Assembly (NCBI GenBank): GCA_010909165.1
Contig: MU008168.1
Location: forward strand, 558,001-622,000
DNA from: Anthoceros angustus
Taxonomy: Eukaryota; Plantae; Anthocerotophyta
Reading direction: 5' to 3'
Length of the DNA: 64,000 nt
Made by a program: the position numbers and the translations under genes. The stretch's first letter is position 1; each line of letters begins with the position of its first letter. A model generated the notes under the pieces. It was given only the letters and a program-made list of their open reading frames with translations, made no database searches and was not told the origin of the DNA. This document shows, in pieces, positions 34,062 through 47,299 of this stretch.

Positions 34062-36340
34062 CGATGACCACCTCGCGCCGCCGCCCCTTCCTCCACGGAC
34101 AACCTCCCATACACCGGCCATGCTGTGCCGGTGGAGCCTCGCCACGTGCTCAAGCCGCACCTAGCTCCGGTAGGCCTTTCAATGGTCTCCCCGCTGCAAG
34201 TGCACCGCCAAATCATACTTATGTGGTGGCCAAGGCGCCCCGCCGCCTCCTATGCATCCCTTCATCTCCACCTTCCAGCCCTCATCCCCACCGGCTCCCA
34301 CGAGAATTGCCTCAAGTTTTCACCGTCTCGATGATGATGGGCTTCGCCATGACCTCGATGTGCCTGGCGCACCGCCCACCATCTTCCTCCTTCGTCCGCC
34401 TGGCGAAGGCCGCGCCTGGCCCATGGGCACCCTTCACGCCGCTTTTGCCCCACGTGATGGCCAAGGTGGAGACTTGGTGGCCTCAACACCTCCACCTCGC
34501 GCCTACTGCATGCTGGGAGCGCTTTTTCCTTGCCCATGCGCCTTCCTCCCAGTTCAAACCCCAAATGCACCTCTCAGTGAACTGCCGGCGCCGATTTCGA
34601 TCCTCCCTAACACTTTCCGCCCCGAGTAATGGCATGTCCACAGCCAAGGGTTTCGTGACAAAGTGGACGCTCGATCAGTTAGCGTATGCCCACTCCGATT
34701 TTTGTTCCAGGACGGTCCGCCATTCAAGCGCTATGGACGGGGTTTCCACCGCTGCGATCTGCAGAGGTAGATCGCCCGCAGCAAGTTCGGTGAAAGCGCC
34801 CGTAGCTATACTTTTCGCTTCCGCATTTCATTCATTGTTTGAAGTGCAAGTGCACTCCAGAACACTTCCAAACCAACAGACGCACCAAACACCGTCTGTA
34901 TGTGAACAATCTAGAATGGGCCGCTCGCCGCAGCAAACACACTTGCGCTGCCCCTCGCTTCGCGGCCATCGACAATTAGCGATGGCCTCTCCCTATCTTC
35001 ACTCTTCAGCCGCTCGCCGCAAACCCGCAAACGATGTAACCGCCGCTTACCTCAATGCGCAGGGTTCCACGACGGTCCTCGGTGCGAACAAAAGGCATGG
35101 GATCTTCCACCTATCGAGCGTATCCCGCGACCCCCATTGTGTGGCATGCCCCGATAATCGTGTCACATGCTTCCAGTTTGGAATACTCCTCGCTCGATTC
35201 AAGTCCATGTAACATATGAAATGCTCCGCTGTACACGAACGGCAATGACCGCGCCCACAAAAAGTTGTGTTGATCCAACTCGGGAGGATGCTCAATGTCC
35301 CAACCGCCGACAAACGAGCCTCACGCATGTTCCAATGCCGCCTGTGGCCGTCCACAGCACATGTGACGCCGGTCCCATTCCGCCCAACCGCCTCACCACT
35401 AGCTTCCAACTCCACTTCCGATTGCGTAACATCCATCGCTATCATTCCCTCCACTGCGACCATAGGGTGCCATCCAACCCGCTTTCCTCCACTTTCGAAC
35501 GGTGATTGCCGAAAAGGCGTCCTTCTCACCGAAAACTCCCACGTAAGCCTCCATTGACTTCTCACGAGCATGGTCACGGTGGCGTTCCTATCTCGATGTT
35601 CGAGCACGCATTGCAATCCCGGCTCTTCGCATCCACAACGGCACCAACGTGCCATGCCTTTGGCTGCTCCAAAGATTCCGTGCCCAAGGCGCATGATACC
35701 GCCCACCGAGGCACCTTCACCCACCTCCAACCCACCTCAATGGTCAATAATCCCCTCCACCAAAAATGAAATCTTTGTGCATTGCGGACAATGCCGAACC
35801 TCCAATACCATGAGTACCCATTTCCCGGACCAAAGATCGTGCTCACATTTCGCCCTCCGTGCCATGTACGCCTCGCACATGCGGAGTCGGTGGAGTGGAT
35901 TTGCCGGGACTCTCCCACTCCCACACCGGCTCCACCGCCGCTTCCGCGAGCCACCGCCGCTTCCACGGCCTCCTCCGCGCCCCGCCGCGCATGCCGATCG
36001 CCGTCGGATTGAGCGCCTTCCGGCGAGGAAGGCGTTCGGCGCGGACGGTCGGCGCAACCGCCGCTTCCGCGAGCCACCGCCGGTGCAACCTCCGGCCGTC
36101 ACAACATATCGCCGACGCCGCCGCCGTGCATCATGCCGCCGCCCCTTCCACTTCGCCGATCGCTGCCTCCGCCGCCGCCCGCTTCCGCGAGCCACCGCCG
36201 CCCCTTCCTCCACTTCGCCGATCGTCGTTCGCATTGGCGCCTTCCGGCGAGGAAGGCGTGCGCCTTCGGACGGCCATACAAAACCGCCGCCCGCTTCCAC
36301 CGCCCGGCGCCCACCATCCACCTCGCCGCCTCGGATCGCC
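31841..36340. repeat. Tandem duplication of about 2.25 kb inside the transposon
   Basis: 31841 aligns with 34090 and 33840 with 36090; copies differ mostly by 1-3 nt indels. Confidence 0.9.
32311..33650 (-). other. Tentative HECT-like ORF2 remnant (second copy about 34554-35900)
   Basis: Across frameshifts: VGVFGEK, AMDVTQEW, YAIGSGVG, a P-x-A-x-TC-like segment and terminal GAFGV*. Weak motif resemblance only. Confidence 0.35.
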
Positions 36341-36844
36341 CCGCCGCCCCTTCCTCCACCGCCGCCCCTTCCTCCGCCCGGCGCCCACCATCCACCTCGC
36401 CGCCTCGGATCGCCCCGCAGCGACGACGGCCCATCGCCCACGCCTCGTGTCGCGCAAACTCGAATGGATCATACCAACACGTAAGAGTTGTGAGGCTCGA
36501 GACGACGCCGACCGCGCAAAGCTTACATTTCGCAGGAGGCCACATAGCCCCGCCGCCGCCGCCGCCAGGGCGGCGTACGGAAAGCTGCATCAAGCATGGC
36601 GTGGGCAATGGAGACCGCCACCGTGCAATCCACCGCAATCAATAGCGAGGTTTGAGAATTCATGGTGACCCACGCAGATTGCAATCGCGCACACGGGCCG
36701 AGCACCTCTGTCTCCACTTGTAGGTGCACCTCCACGAGATCCACGCCGAAAACGCCTCCCAAGGTGGGTGCGCCAATCGGTTGATCCTGCCACCGTGGCC
36801 AGCAGGCTTCCACACCACCTTCCGCTCGGGCGATTGCTACTGGT

Positions 36845-39660
36845 TGTCCATGGCCTCCCCACCTCCCCTCCGCCGCCATGGCTCCTTCCCCGGCGCCCGT
36901 GCCGCCGCACCTCCTCCTCCATCGCCTCCCGCTTCAACGCACCATCATGGCGGGCATTGAATGTGCACGAATCATAGGTATACTTGCACGGCCTCGGATC
37001 GTCGAGATCCCCGATACCGCCTTTACGCCGCCGCCCATTCGCATCCGTGACCGTCCGCAAGCGCCGCAGTATATGCCGCATGTTCCGCCACCGCACCTTC
37101 CGCCCGCGCGTGCAATTGCGATGCCATGTGCCACATGCGATTCTCGCCACACCGTGCATTTTCAGCAAACATTGAATGTGCAATCGCGCACGACCGCACA
37201 CCTTACAACGATCCGCAACTTAGCGGCAGCACCCACCGGGCCGGGACTGCCGCCGCCGCCGCCGCCTCGCAACCCTTACTTGCCGCATTGCTCACCATCA
37301 CCGCTCGCACCATCACGCCATTCCCAACCGCAACCAAGATTACAATTTTGTGCCTTCACGGCCGGCACTTGGTTCGCTTCCACCGCCCGGCACTCGCATC
37401 CTCGCCAAGTACTCGAACATGGTTCTCCGTCTGCGGTTGATATCCCGGAACAACCCCTGCTCTCATTCCATTCCATTTCTCCATACCGCACGAAATCAAC
37501 CAATTCATAATACCTCATAGGCCACCTCTCCACGGTCGTGGCACTCGATGCGTGCACTGGAAAACCAAATCCTAAGGTCGCCAGCTCGCAGCTCTCCTTC
37601 CGGTACCTCTTCCATCCCGACGGCGCCAACCGCCGAACACTTGGTGCATGAAAATGTGGCACTCCACCACCGGTAGGCACTCGCAGAATTTGTCCACCGC
37701 CACTCCATCCGGCCCGCCTCGCCGGCAGTCGTGTGACGGCAAGTTTCTGGATAGCCCTCTATGCGCAGACATCGGCTTTGATGGTCCTCCACAAATGCCA
37801 AGAACTCGGACGCTCCCGAGTTGATGGGAACCATAGGCCACGCAGAATGTACTCGCCGAGCTTTGCATCTCCCATTCCTCCGCCGCCCCTTCCACGCGCC
37901 CCCGCACAAGGCCGTGCTCGCCACAGACCGCAAACATGCGCATCCGGGCACCGTGATTTGCAGCGGTCATCTACGGCATGGGCTCCAGCTACCTACTCAC
38001 TGCTGGCCACCTTCCACTCTTCAAGCGCAACCGCCAGCCCGAGGGAACACACCAACCCACCTGAGCCGGCCGCCTACGCTCATCGCCGCCAGCGATCTTG
38101 TGTTCCTCATCCTCCTCCACGGGCACGGGCGTCGGGCGCGTTGCGCACCCTTTTCCACCCACCCGCCACCCGGCCGCGCCTTCCTTGCACGTAAGTAATG
38201 CGCACCCCCGCGTTTCCCTTCCAGCCACCCGCGGCAACCGTCCCTTCCCACTGTCCCTTCTCCGCACGGGTTGTCCATGGCCTCTCCCACTCCTCCCTCC
38301 TCCGCCGCCATGGCTCCCGGCGCCCGTGCCGCCGCACCTCCTCCGCCGCCTCCCGTTTGCACCATCATGGCGGGCATTGAATGTGCACGGAATCATAGGT
38401 ATACTTGCGGCCTCGGGATCGTCGAGATCCCCACGGCGCCGCCTTTACGCCCGCCCATTCGCATCCGCGTCATCGCAAGCGCTGCGGGCATATGCCGGCA
38501 TGTTCCGCCACCGCACCTTCCGTCCAAGTGCGTGTGCAATTGCGATGCCATGCAGGCCACATGCGATTCTCGCCACACCGTGCATTTTCAGCAAACATTG
38601 AATGTGCAATCGCGCGCATCGCACACCTTAGCGATCCGCAACTTAGCGGCGGTTGCACCCTCGGCGTGACGTCTGCAGCCATGCGAAGCCCGCCGCCTCG
38701 CAACCCTTACTTGCTGTTGGCGTTCACCATCGCCGGCTCCGCACCATCACGCCATTCCCAACCGCAACCATTACAATTTTGTGCCTTCACGGCCGGCACT
38801 TGGTTCCTTCCACCGCCCGGCACTCGCATCCGCCAAGTACTCGAACATGGTTCTCCGTCGCGGTTGATATCCCGGAACAACGCTCCGTCTTCTCATTCCA
38901 TTCCATTTCTCCATACCGCACGAAATCAACCAATTCATAATACCTCATAGGCCACCTCTCCACGGTCGTGGCACTCGATGCGTGCACAGGAAAACCAAAT
39001 CCTAAGGTCGTCAGCAGTTCGCTCTCCTTTCCGGTACCTCTTCCATCCGCCGTGCCGCCGAACACTTGGTGCATGAAAATGTGGCACTCCACCAGTCGGT
39101 AAGCGCTCTCGCAGTAATTTGTCCACCGCCACTCCATCCGGTCCGTCCCTCGCTGGTGCAGGTCGTACAGGACGGCAAGTTTCTCTGGATAGCCCTCTAT
39201 GCGCAGACACAGGCTTTGATGGTCCTCCACAAATGCCAAGAACTCGGACAGCTCCCAGTAGTTGATGGGAACCATAGGCCACGCAGGAATGTACTCGCGC
39301 GAGCTTTGCATCTCCCATTCCTCCGCCGCCCCTTCCACGCCCCCCGCCGCAAGGCCGTGCTGCCAGCACCGCAAACATGCGCATCCGCACCGTGATTTGC
39401 GGTCATCTGGCATGGCTCCGACTACCTACTCACTGGCCACCTTCCACTCTTCAAGCGCAACCGCCGGCCGAACACACCACGGGCGCCCCGCCTCGCTCGC
39501 CGCGCGGCGATCTTGTTCCTCATCCTCCTCCACGGCACGGGCGTCGGGCGCGTTGCGCACCTTTTCCACCCACCCGCCGCCTTCCTTGCACGTAAGTAAT
39601 CACCCCCGCGTTTCCCTTCCACCACCGGCCGTCCCTTCACGCCCTTCTCCGCACGGGTTG
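36845..39660. repeat. Tandem duplication of about 1.4 kb carrying an unknown minus-strand coding segment
   Basis: 36845 aligns with 38272; both copies encode WPMVPINYWELSEFLAFVEDH...LGFGFPVHASSATTVERWPMRYYELVDFVRYGEMEW. Confidence 0.85.
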
Positions 39661-39899
39661 CGACGCCGAGCGATCCAGGTGGGCACCGCGTCTGCTCAAA
39701 CCCAACCGCACACGCCATGTATCGCCACCCACTTCCATTTATTTCACTAACCTCCCTTGGGCGGGCGGCATGCACACCTGTATCACAAACCCTTTCACTT
39801 TGAGGCCGCCATACACAACCTCCCAATTTTCATTTCCAACCAATCCATCTTCCCGGCCCATGCCGGTGTGGTTTTGATATGCTGCCCGGACATACCCAG

Positions 39900-41200
39900 G
39901 AAGAGGTCGCAAATCTATATACAAAAAACCTAAAAATCATAACCCAAGGAAAAGGTCCACATGGCATGCACATGGTATGTATGCATGATGCATGGTTGCA
40001 ATCGGATGCACGTGAACATGTCTACCTAGATGCTGTGTCATAGCGCAATCCATCTATCTGCATCGTCATGTGTATATGGCACGGTACTATGACACATATA
40101 TAGGTCATCGCATCTACATAGAAAAAAACCTAAACACCATAACCCAAGGAAAAGGTCCACATGACATGCACATGGTATGTATGCATGATGTATGGTTGCA
40201 ATCGGATGCGTGAACATGTCTACCTAGATCTTTGTGTCATAGCGCAATCCATCTTTCTGCATCGTGATGTATATATGGCACGGTACTATGACACATATAT
40301 AGGTCATCGCATCTATATAGAAAAACCTAAACACCATAACCCAAGGAAAAGCGCAAGTACGTTGTTAAGTGCATACATATCATTTGTTCGAAGGCCAAGG
40401 ACAAGTATGATAATAAATAAACCCAAAGTTTCGACATTCGGGTGTGAGGTGGCACGTGATTCAACCTGTTCCCTTGGGCTTCGGCATACGCTACCAGGAA
40501 ACATGTCTATATATGTGGCTTCCCTACCCATTCATAATTCGATTGTAGAAGTTTGTCTGCATGGAACGCCATCCATACTTCGGCCCTGCAGAGGTGCAGG
40601 GCCGAAGAAGACAAGGTCTTGTCTTCTTTCTCTCTTATGTCCTGTGGGATCCGCATTTTCCGGTGGGAGCCTCGGTCCAACCCCTTGCTGTGACGTGTTT
40701 CCTTGGTCTTCGACTTTAGCGAACATTGTTGTCATACCACTTGCCATATGCCATGTGATTTGGGCGTTGCATGTGATGAGGGTGCGCATTGAATGTATGG
40801 CATGCACATGGTGTGTATGCATGAAGTATGGTTGGCATGTTGTGTATGTGAACATGCCTAGGTAGATGTTGTGTCATGCCACAATGAATCCATGTGCATC
40901 GTGATGCATGTGACGCAGTACTACAGATATATAGGGTTGCGAACACATATATAGAATACATGAACAACATAACCCAATGAAAAGGGCGAGTACGTCGCCG
41001 CATACATATCATTTGTTCAAGGCCAAGGACAAGTAGGGTTTTAAATAGACCTATAGTGCCTACCAAGTGAGAGGTGGCACGTGATTAACCCTGTTTTGGT
41101 CTTGACATACTGCATAAACATGTCTATATATGTGGCTTCCTACCCAATTCATTATTCGATTGTAGAAGTTTGTCCGCATGGAAAGGCATCCATACTTGAC
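39900..41200. repeat. AT-richer modular repeat block, in inverted orientation to 47300-48620
   Basis: Repeated units (AAACACCATAACCCAAGGAAAAGG..., CGGTACTATGACACATATATAGGTC) whose reverse complements occur near 47950, 47985-48020 and 48150-48195. Confidence 0.85.
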
Positions 41201-44200
41201 CATGCACCGGGCTTCTTTCTCTCTTGACCTTTGGGATCTAGTGGGAGCGTTAGGCAACCAACTTGATCGGCCACCGGTCAAATGCATTGCTTGCCTTGGT
41301 CTTGGACACAAGGGACCATTGTTCATGTGTTCATATAACGAATATGCACCCTCCTTCATTATTGTCATTGTCATTCGAGGAGGGAGCCGCAGAGGTGCCC
41401 CAACGTCATCCTCGTTTGAATCGCAAGTGCATTGTGTTCTATGGCGTCGTCTGTCCAATTGCACATTCAACCTCGCCTGCACATTCAACTGCAATTGCCT
41501 TTTTCGCATGCTATGCATTTTCACCAATGTAAGGCATTGTATGCATCGAAATTCCGCGTTAGGCATTTTGGGTTGTGGTTCGGCATTTTCAGCTTCTTTG
41601 GTTTGTTGGGTGGGGTGGGTTGGTCTTTGGGTTGGGGCGGGTTGGGTGGGGCGGTTTGTGGTGGTGGGGCCGGCTGTGGGTGGGGTGGCCGGTGCGGGCT
41701 CACGCCGCTTCAGCCGGCCCCTCCGTGCGGCGGGCGGATGGCGCGGGCTCGCCGCACTACCGTCTGCGGGGGCCGGCGGGAGGACCCTGCCGGGATGGGG
41801 TCGGGATGTGGGAGTGACCAGACAAATCTCCGAGCCATGAGGCCGGAAGGGCCAAGGGCAACCATGCCATCGAAAAATGTGAAGGATGATGGTTGGCAGC
41901 CAATATGGGCCATGCTCACGGATTTCATGGCAAGCAATATGGGATGGACTTCATGAGCGGATGCAGACCATGGCGCGCACTACGAAATACCTTATAAATG
42001 CATAGCCGTGGACGCATGCTGCAATGCATGAGCGAGGATGAAGGGCATTTGAATAAGCCGGGGCACAATGAATTGCTTCGAACGCCGTATTGGTGTGCGG
42101 TCCGGACACAAATGCTCGAGGCGTAGTTGATACCGCATCATTTGCCCTATGCCCACTATGTTACGGACCATATCGGACCCAATATGTTAGTGCGACACGG
42201 TGCAGATCTTCGCACATGTGACGCGGAAGGAACCATGGACCCTCCGCACCTCGACATGTTTGGCGGGCGCCACGGGAAGTCAAACGCCGGCGACCCACTA
42301 CGTCATGTCCTCTGCAACAACCAAAGTGAGCGGTGAGCGGCAACGCGATGAGGGTGTGGCGTGGCAGCGCGCGGCATGCATGGCGGCGGCGTGGCGCAAC
42401 TTGTGGAGAGTATTGTCGCAGCGCAACGCAGCAATCATGTTTTGCGAGCCAAAACTTACGCAATCGCACCGCCCTCGTAACTCAACGATGTACCGCATGC
42501 CGCCGCGTGCTCAAAGATGTCGTATGGGATACGGAGGATTATGGACAATGATTTCAGCTTTCCTGGGCTGCAACCCCACACCCTTCGAACACTGGCCGCG
42601 CAATGCTTGCAGACATCAGCTGGCCATCGATCTCCTTCCACATGCGCGCGTCTCTCGTCCCACACAACCGAGGCGCCTGCACACATTTGGCTGGCAGGGG
42701 CAGTGTGGACATAAGGTATCAGGCTAGCGCGGATCTTGCACACAGGCTCCATGGCGTCTAGCGGACACCGTGAGCATTGCACATCACAACCCGCTGCAGA
42801 AAGAAGAAATTGTGGGCACACCTTGGCCGGGGCACGCACGGGGAGAAGACGATCCGGATGGAGGCGGATGGAGGCGGCCGTGTCGGCTGCCCTCGGATGG
42901 AGGCGGCCGTGTCGGCCGCCACCGCATCGCAGCCGTTCGCGCCCGGGGGCGTCAATTGCCCGGCGCGGGACCGCGCCAGCGTGGGCGGCGGCGTCCACGC
43001 CCAAGATCGCGATGCGGACGCCTGCCCGCCCAAGCCGCCATCGGGAGCCGGAGGTTCAACGTGGTCGCCCGTGGCCCTTCCACATATGGCGGGAATGGGT
43101 GGGAGGATCCCACGCATTCCGCGCCACGCCACATTGGTGGGAGGAGGAGAGCGGAGAGCGAGCGCCTCCTGCGGGCGCCGTTGGGACAATCCCATTCACG
43201 CACTGCGGAATCACGGCGACGGTATAGGCCCGCGGAAGAAGCAAAGAGCGAGCGGCGCAACTTGTGGAAGAGCTCGGCACACAAAGTCGCTCCGGATACA
43301 AGTACGGACAAGGCTTTCCCAAGGTCGACTTGGGAGATGGAGAAGGCGGCGTTGTCTTCGTGTCCGCTCGACCTCACGCAGTGGAGCTAACGGTGCCCTC
43401 GCATGCCGGGCGAGCAGACAACGCTGCCGCCAAGGAACGGTGCGCCATTGTTGATGCGTGCGAGGCTCTATTCGACAAACTGGTGGCGATGGGACCGGGC
43501 CGCGTGGTCCGTGATGTGCCGCGCTTGCGTCGCGCACACACAAGTCCGTGTATCCGACATTCTGTCAATTCCCCAGCGACAACACACAGAGGCCGACAGT
43601 CGATGCAAATGCTGTACATCCGGGACGTGGACGCGCAATTTACACCTCTGCGGTGCGGAGAGCGAGCGGCGCGGCGCCTTCGAGGTGTGGCGAGGAGGAG
43701 GAAGAAGTGGATGTCCCGAGGATGGGAGGGATAGCGGGCGGTGGCAGGTGGTGGGGCGCGCCTGGAGGAAGAGTTCAACAACGCCGTCGTCGGCATCCCC
43801 GACCTTGAGGCACTCACGATCCCACCCGCCGCGACGGGACATGTGGGAGGAGGCACCCTCTCCTCAAGGCCAGCAGCTGGTAGAGCCTGCCTGCGGAGGC
43901 GGGCGACGAAGTCCCCGGCGCGACGCGCTGCACGCCGTTGATGGGCGTCTCGCGGGAGGCGGGAGGAGGCTCTCGGCATGGCAACGGACCTTCTTAGTTG
44001 TGGAAGAGCTCGGCACACCACCGCGGTGGAAGGATGCGGGCGGCGTGCGGCGAGACCGGCCAGCCATCCAGAGGAGCTTCTTTTCTTCAAATTTTGGGTC
44101 ACTTGCGGGGAATGGCGGGCGCGGAAACGGGCGGCTGCGCTTGCAAGGCTGCAACATCTCGTGGACACAGGCGCGAGCCGAACTCGGCGGAAGGGCTCGC

Positions 44201-44926
44201 TCGATCCGATGGTCCAAGGCATGGACGGCCGGAAATGTTCGACACGCCACCATCCAGGGGTTCTGACGCGGCGCTCTACCGGCCGGTGCGCCTTCTCGAG
44301 GACATGGACGACCGACTAGACCTTCGCCATGACGGCGGAAGAGTTGCATAACGCGAATAGCACCAACTTGAGGTTCGCGATGGATGAGGACGAGATGCTC
44401 CGATCGACCGCAGCCACCGCAGTGGGTCGCTGCAGGCAGGCGAGGCGGAGAAAGAACGGCTCAGACGCTGGCATTCCAGCGCAGGAAGCGTGACGATGCC
44501 GCACGCCGCGATGCACGGCTGACCGAGAAGGCTCAGATGCCGTCCGAGCGGAGCGGCGATTCGAGGACATCCTAACCCTCGGTGAGTGCCCAAGATGCCA
44601 TTGCACTGGGCACCGATGGGGTTCGCAACGCCACGGCTTGGTGATTGCGGGTTGAGGCGGGCATGGAGTGCCAACAATCGCTCGACGACCGGGCGGGAGG
44701 GGGGACCTTTCCACCGCTTAGAGTGCACGGCACGTGCACGGGACAGGGTGATGTAGTCCACGAGGTTGGAAGGGCGGGCCTACGAGGCGGTGCATCGAGG
44801 CTCGAAGTACTGGGAGTCGCCGTCATTTGTGGACGGCGTGTTCAACGTTAACGCGGCGGTGCTACACATTACCACATCGCCCAGTGCATCCGACCCCTAC
44901 ACATGGTAAGATATATGGTCAATTGA

Positions 44927-45020
44927 TGCAAAATGTGCGGCACGACGGCAGATGCCTCCTTGTGCGAGCCATGTTCTTGACCACCGCTCTACATGCCGCC
45001 GGGCAAATGGCATTGAGGTG
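44927..45020 (+). other. PHD-finger-like coding remnant within transposon cargo
   Basis: CKMCG...LCEPC...PPLYMPPGKWH matches the PHD pattern CxxC...LLCDxC...PPL..PxGxWxC; interrupted by apparent stops or indels. Confidence 0.55.
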
Positions 45021-47299
45021 AGTCGTCCCATGACATTTGCCACACTCGCGCACTAGGGAGCCAAAAGGATGGCGTGCACAAGGAGTGGAAGGATGCGGGC
45101 ACGAGAGGACGTTGAAGAGGGCTTTTAAGACGGATATGTTGACAAGCCACCCACTCATGGCCATCCTCCAAGAATCAAACGCGGGGCTCGGCGGGCGAAG
45201 AGGAGCGGCGATTTCATCGGCCGTTGGTCCGATGGCGAGCGAGCTCCGGATTTTTCAAGCATGTGGCCGACCAAGCCCTCGCATGTCCCGGGCGGCGGTG
45301 GCGCGATTCGGAAGAAGGTGCGACCTTTTATTCACCGGGTGCACGTTGGCGGGTGGGTGGGAGAGGGTTCCGCATGTGGTGCACTGGACAAGAGGGCCAT
45401 GTTGGAGTGTCTAGGGAGTGCACGTTTGAGAGTGTCACCAAGTTCTTCACCGCCACGCATGGATGCAGGCGACGCAGCGAGTGAGATTCGAGGCCCGCTG
45501 CGCAGCTGAGAGAAATGTTGTGAAATCGCCGAGAGATGTCATTCGGCGATAGAGCGCCTGCTCACCTTCATCACCGATGAGTTTACTTCCCAAGGCCAAT
45601 GGTGGTGCAAGTTCCTCCCGCATTTGGGCACCGCCACCGAGGACGTGCGCACTCACGCCTCCCGCCTATGTCTCAAGCTCGTGATGGCCACGCTGTGGGA
45701 AGCCATCCGCATGAACTCCGTGGGGAACGCTTGAAAGGCCGGTCGGACCTGCTTCATTAGAGACGTGGTTTCGGTTGTGTTTGTCCCGCCCCGCACAAGA
45801 GGGCACTAATGTGAAGAGACTTTGAGCCCGCACTCACGCTTGGTTTATGGCGGATCGACACGAAAACGAGGCACCGCACGTGAGAAGACGCCGCCTCGAC
45901 GTGAATTGCTTTCCGTCACCAATTGAGAATGGATGAAACAAGGTCGGGCGCAATACGGAAACGAGGGTTGGCGGTGGCATTTCGGGGCCGGTCGAATGGC
46001 GAGGCGGAAGTGCGATCCCGAGAGGTTCCAATCGGCGCCCGACAACCACATTGGGGAAATGGAAAGAGGTGCGTGAGGTTTTGAGGCGGAAGGTCTTCCA
46101 GCGTGGAGCGTGCACCGCACGCATGGCGATCGCGAGGTGGTGCGTACACGAGAGCAAGGTTGTTGTCATGCGACAATCCGAGGTGGATGCTCAAAGTTCT
46201 TGCCGACATCGGATGCGAGAGCCGCGGACTACCGAAGAAGACAATCGCAGAAGTGTGCGTGGAAGTGCGGTCGGCCCGAAAGTGCGGGTGCTCCCGATGA
46301 GACAGCGAGGTTTGGGCCATCGCATTCCGCCGGTGAGGTGCCGGGCATGACGCCGAGGAGTTTGACTGCGTGTGGAAGACGGGGATGCAGCGCAGGTCTG
46401 CGGATGCGGAGGAAGGCGCTTTGGTGCATCATCGATGGTGAGCCCACTCGCACGCCGCACACCATCCGTGCTCAGCGTGCCTTATGCGGTGGGAGGAAGG
46501 TCCTTCGAATGCGCAGTGGAGGCGGGCGGCGGACGGCGAGAGGCGCAGGAATGGCCTCAAAGGGAGGTGCATTTCGATTGCCCGCCGCAATCACCGGAGG
46601 CATAGCGTGAACTTGCCTGGGTGGCGATGGCGGCTGCTCATAATAGCAATGGCCGCGATCGCGAGTGGAAGAGTGGTTGTGGAAGGAAAGGGCACTTTTT
46701 ATACTCCTCCATAAGTTTGGTGTTTCGCAAACCAAGGACAGATCCGCAGTTGATTTGTAATCGGTCCAAAGCCTGACGAATTTGCCCGTGTAGTGGTCGG
46801 GTCCAAAGCACAACGACCGTGTTTTGCTGTGTCAGATGAAAAACTAGTCCTCTTTCCCAATGACGAAAACAACATCACTTGCCATTCGCCCAGGCCGAGG
46901 ACTAGTTCATGACATGATTTTTTCTCGTTGACGCCCAAAGGCCAAGGACTAAAATGTACTCGGATTGACGAATGGTCCGAATGTAAGGTCCGATTCAAGT
47001 GTAGGAAGAAAATCCATTTCCCAACTACACGTACTTGCCTATCCCGCCCGCCTATATATATACGAAGACAAGGCCTTCCTGGACCATCCCGACCGTCATG
47101 AAAGGGAAAATACTCATTGGCCTTTGGAGCTTTCACATTGGCAATGAAGGGAACAAAACTCCTTGGCCTTTGCACCAATATGTCAATCAATGAATGGAAG
47201 GAAGACCTTGGCCTTTGGACCAAACCGAGAATCACCAAATGAAACGGCAAGTTATGCGACCATTGCGACCGCTTAGTGACCATTGCGGCCGCATAGGTG

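Noticed and set aside
37020-37200. Cys/His pattern (HIQC...ACGTWHRNC) resembling a PHD finger in the 1.4-kb duplication
   Set aside because: Ligand spacing does not fit, and a different frame looks more protein-like; probably a chance product of GC-rich sequence.
45340-45480. FRMWC...VTKFF resembling a tyrosine recombinase N-terminal domain
   Set aside because: No downstream R-H-R-Y catalytic motifs were found.
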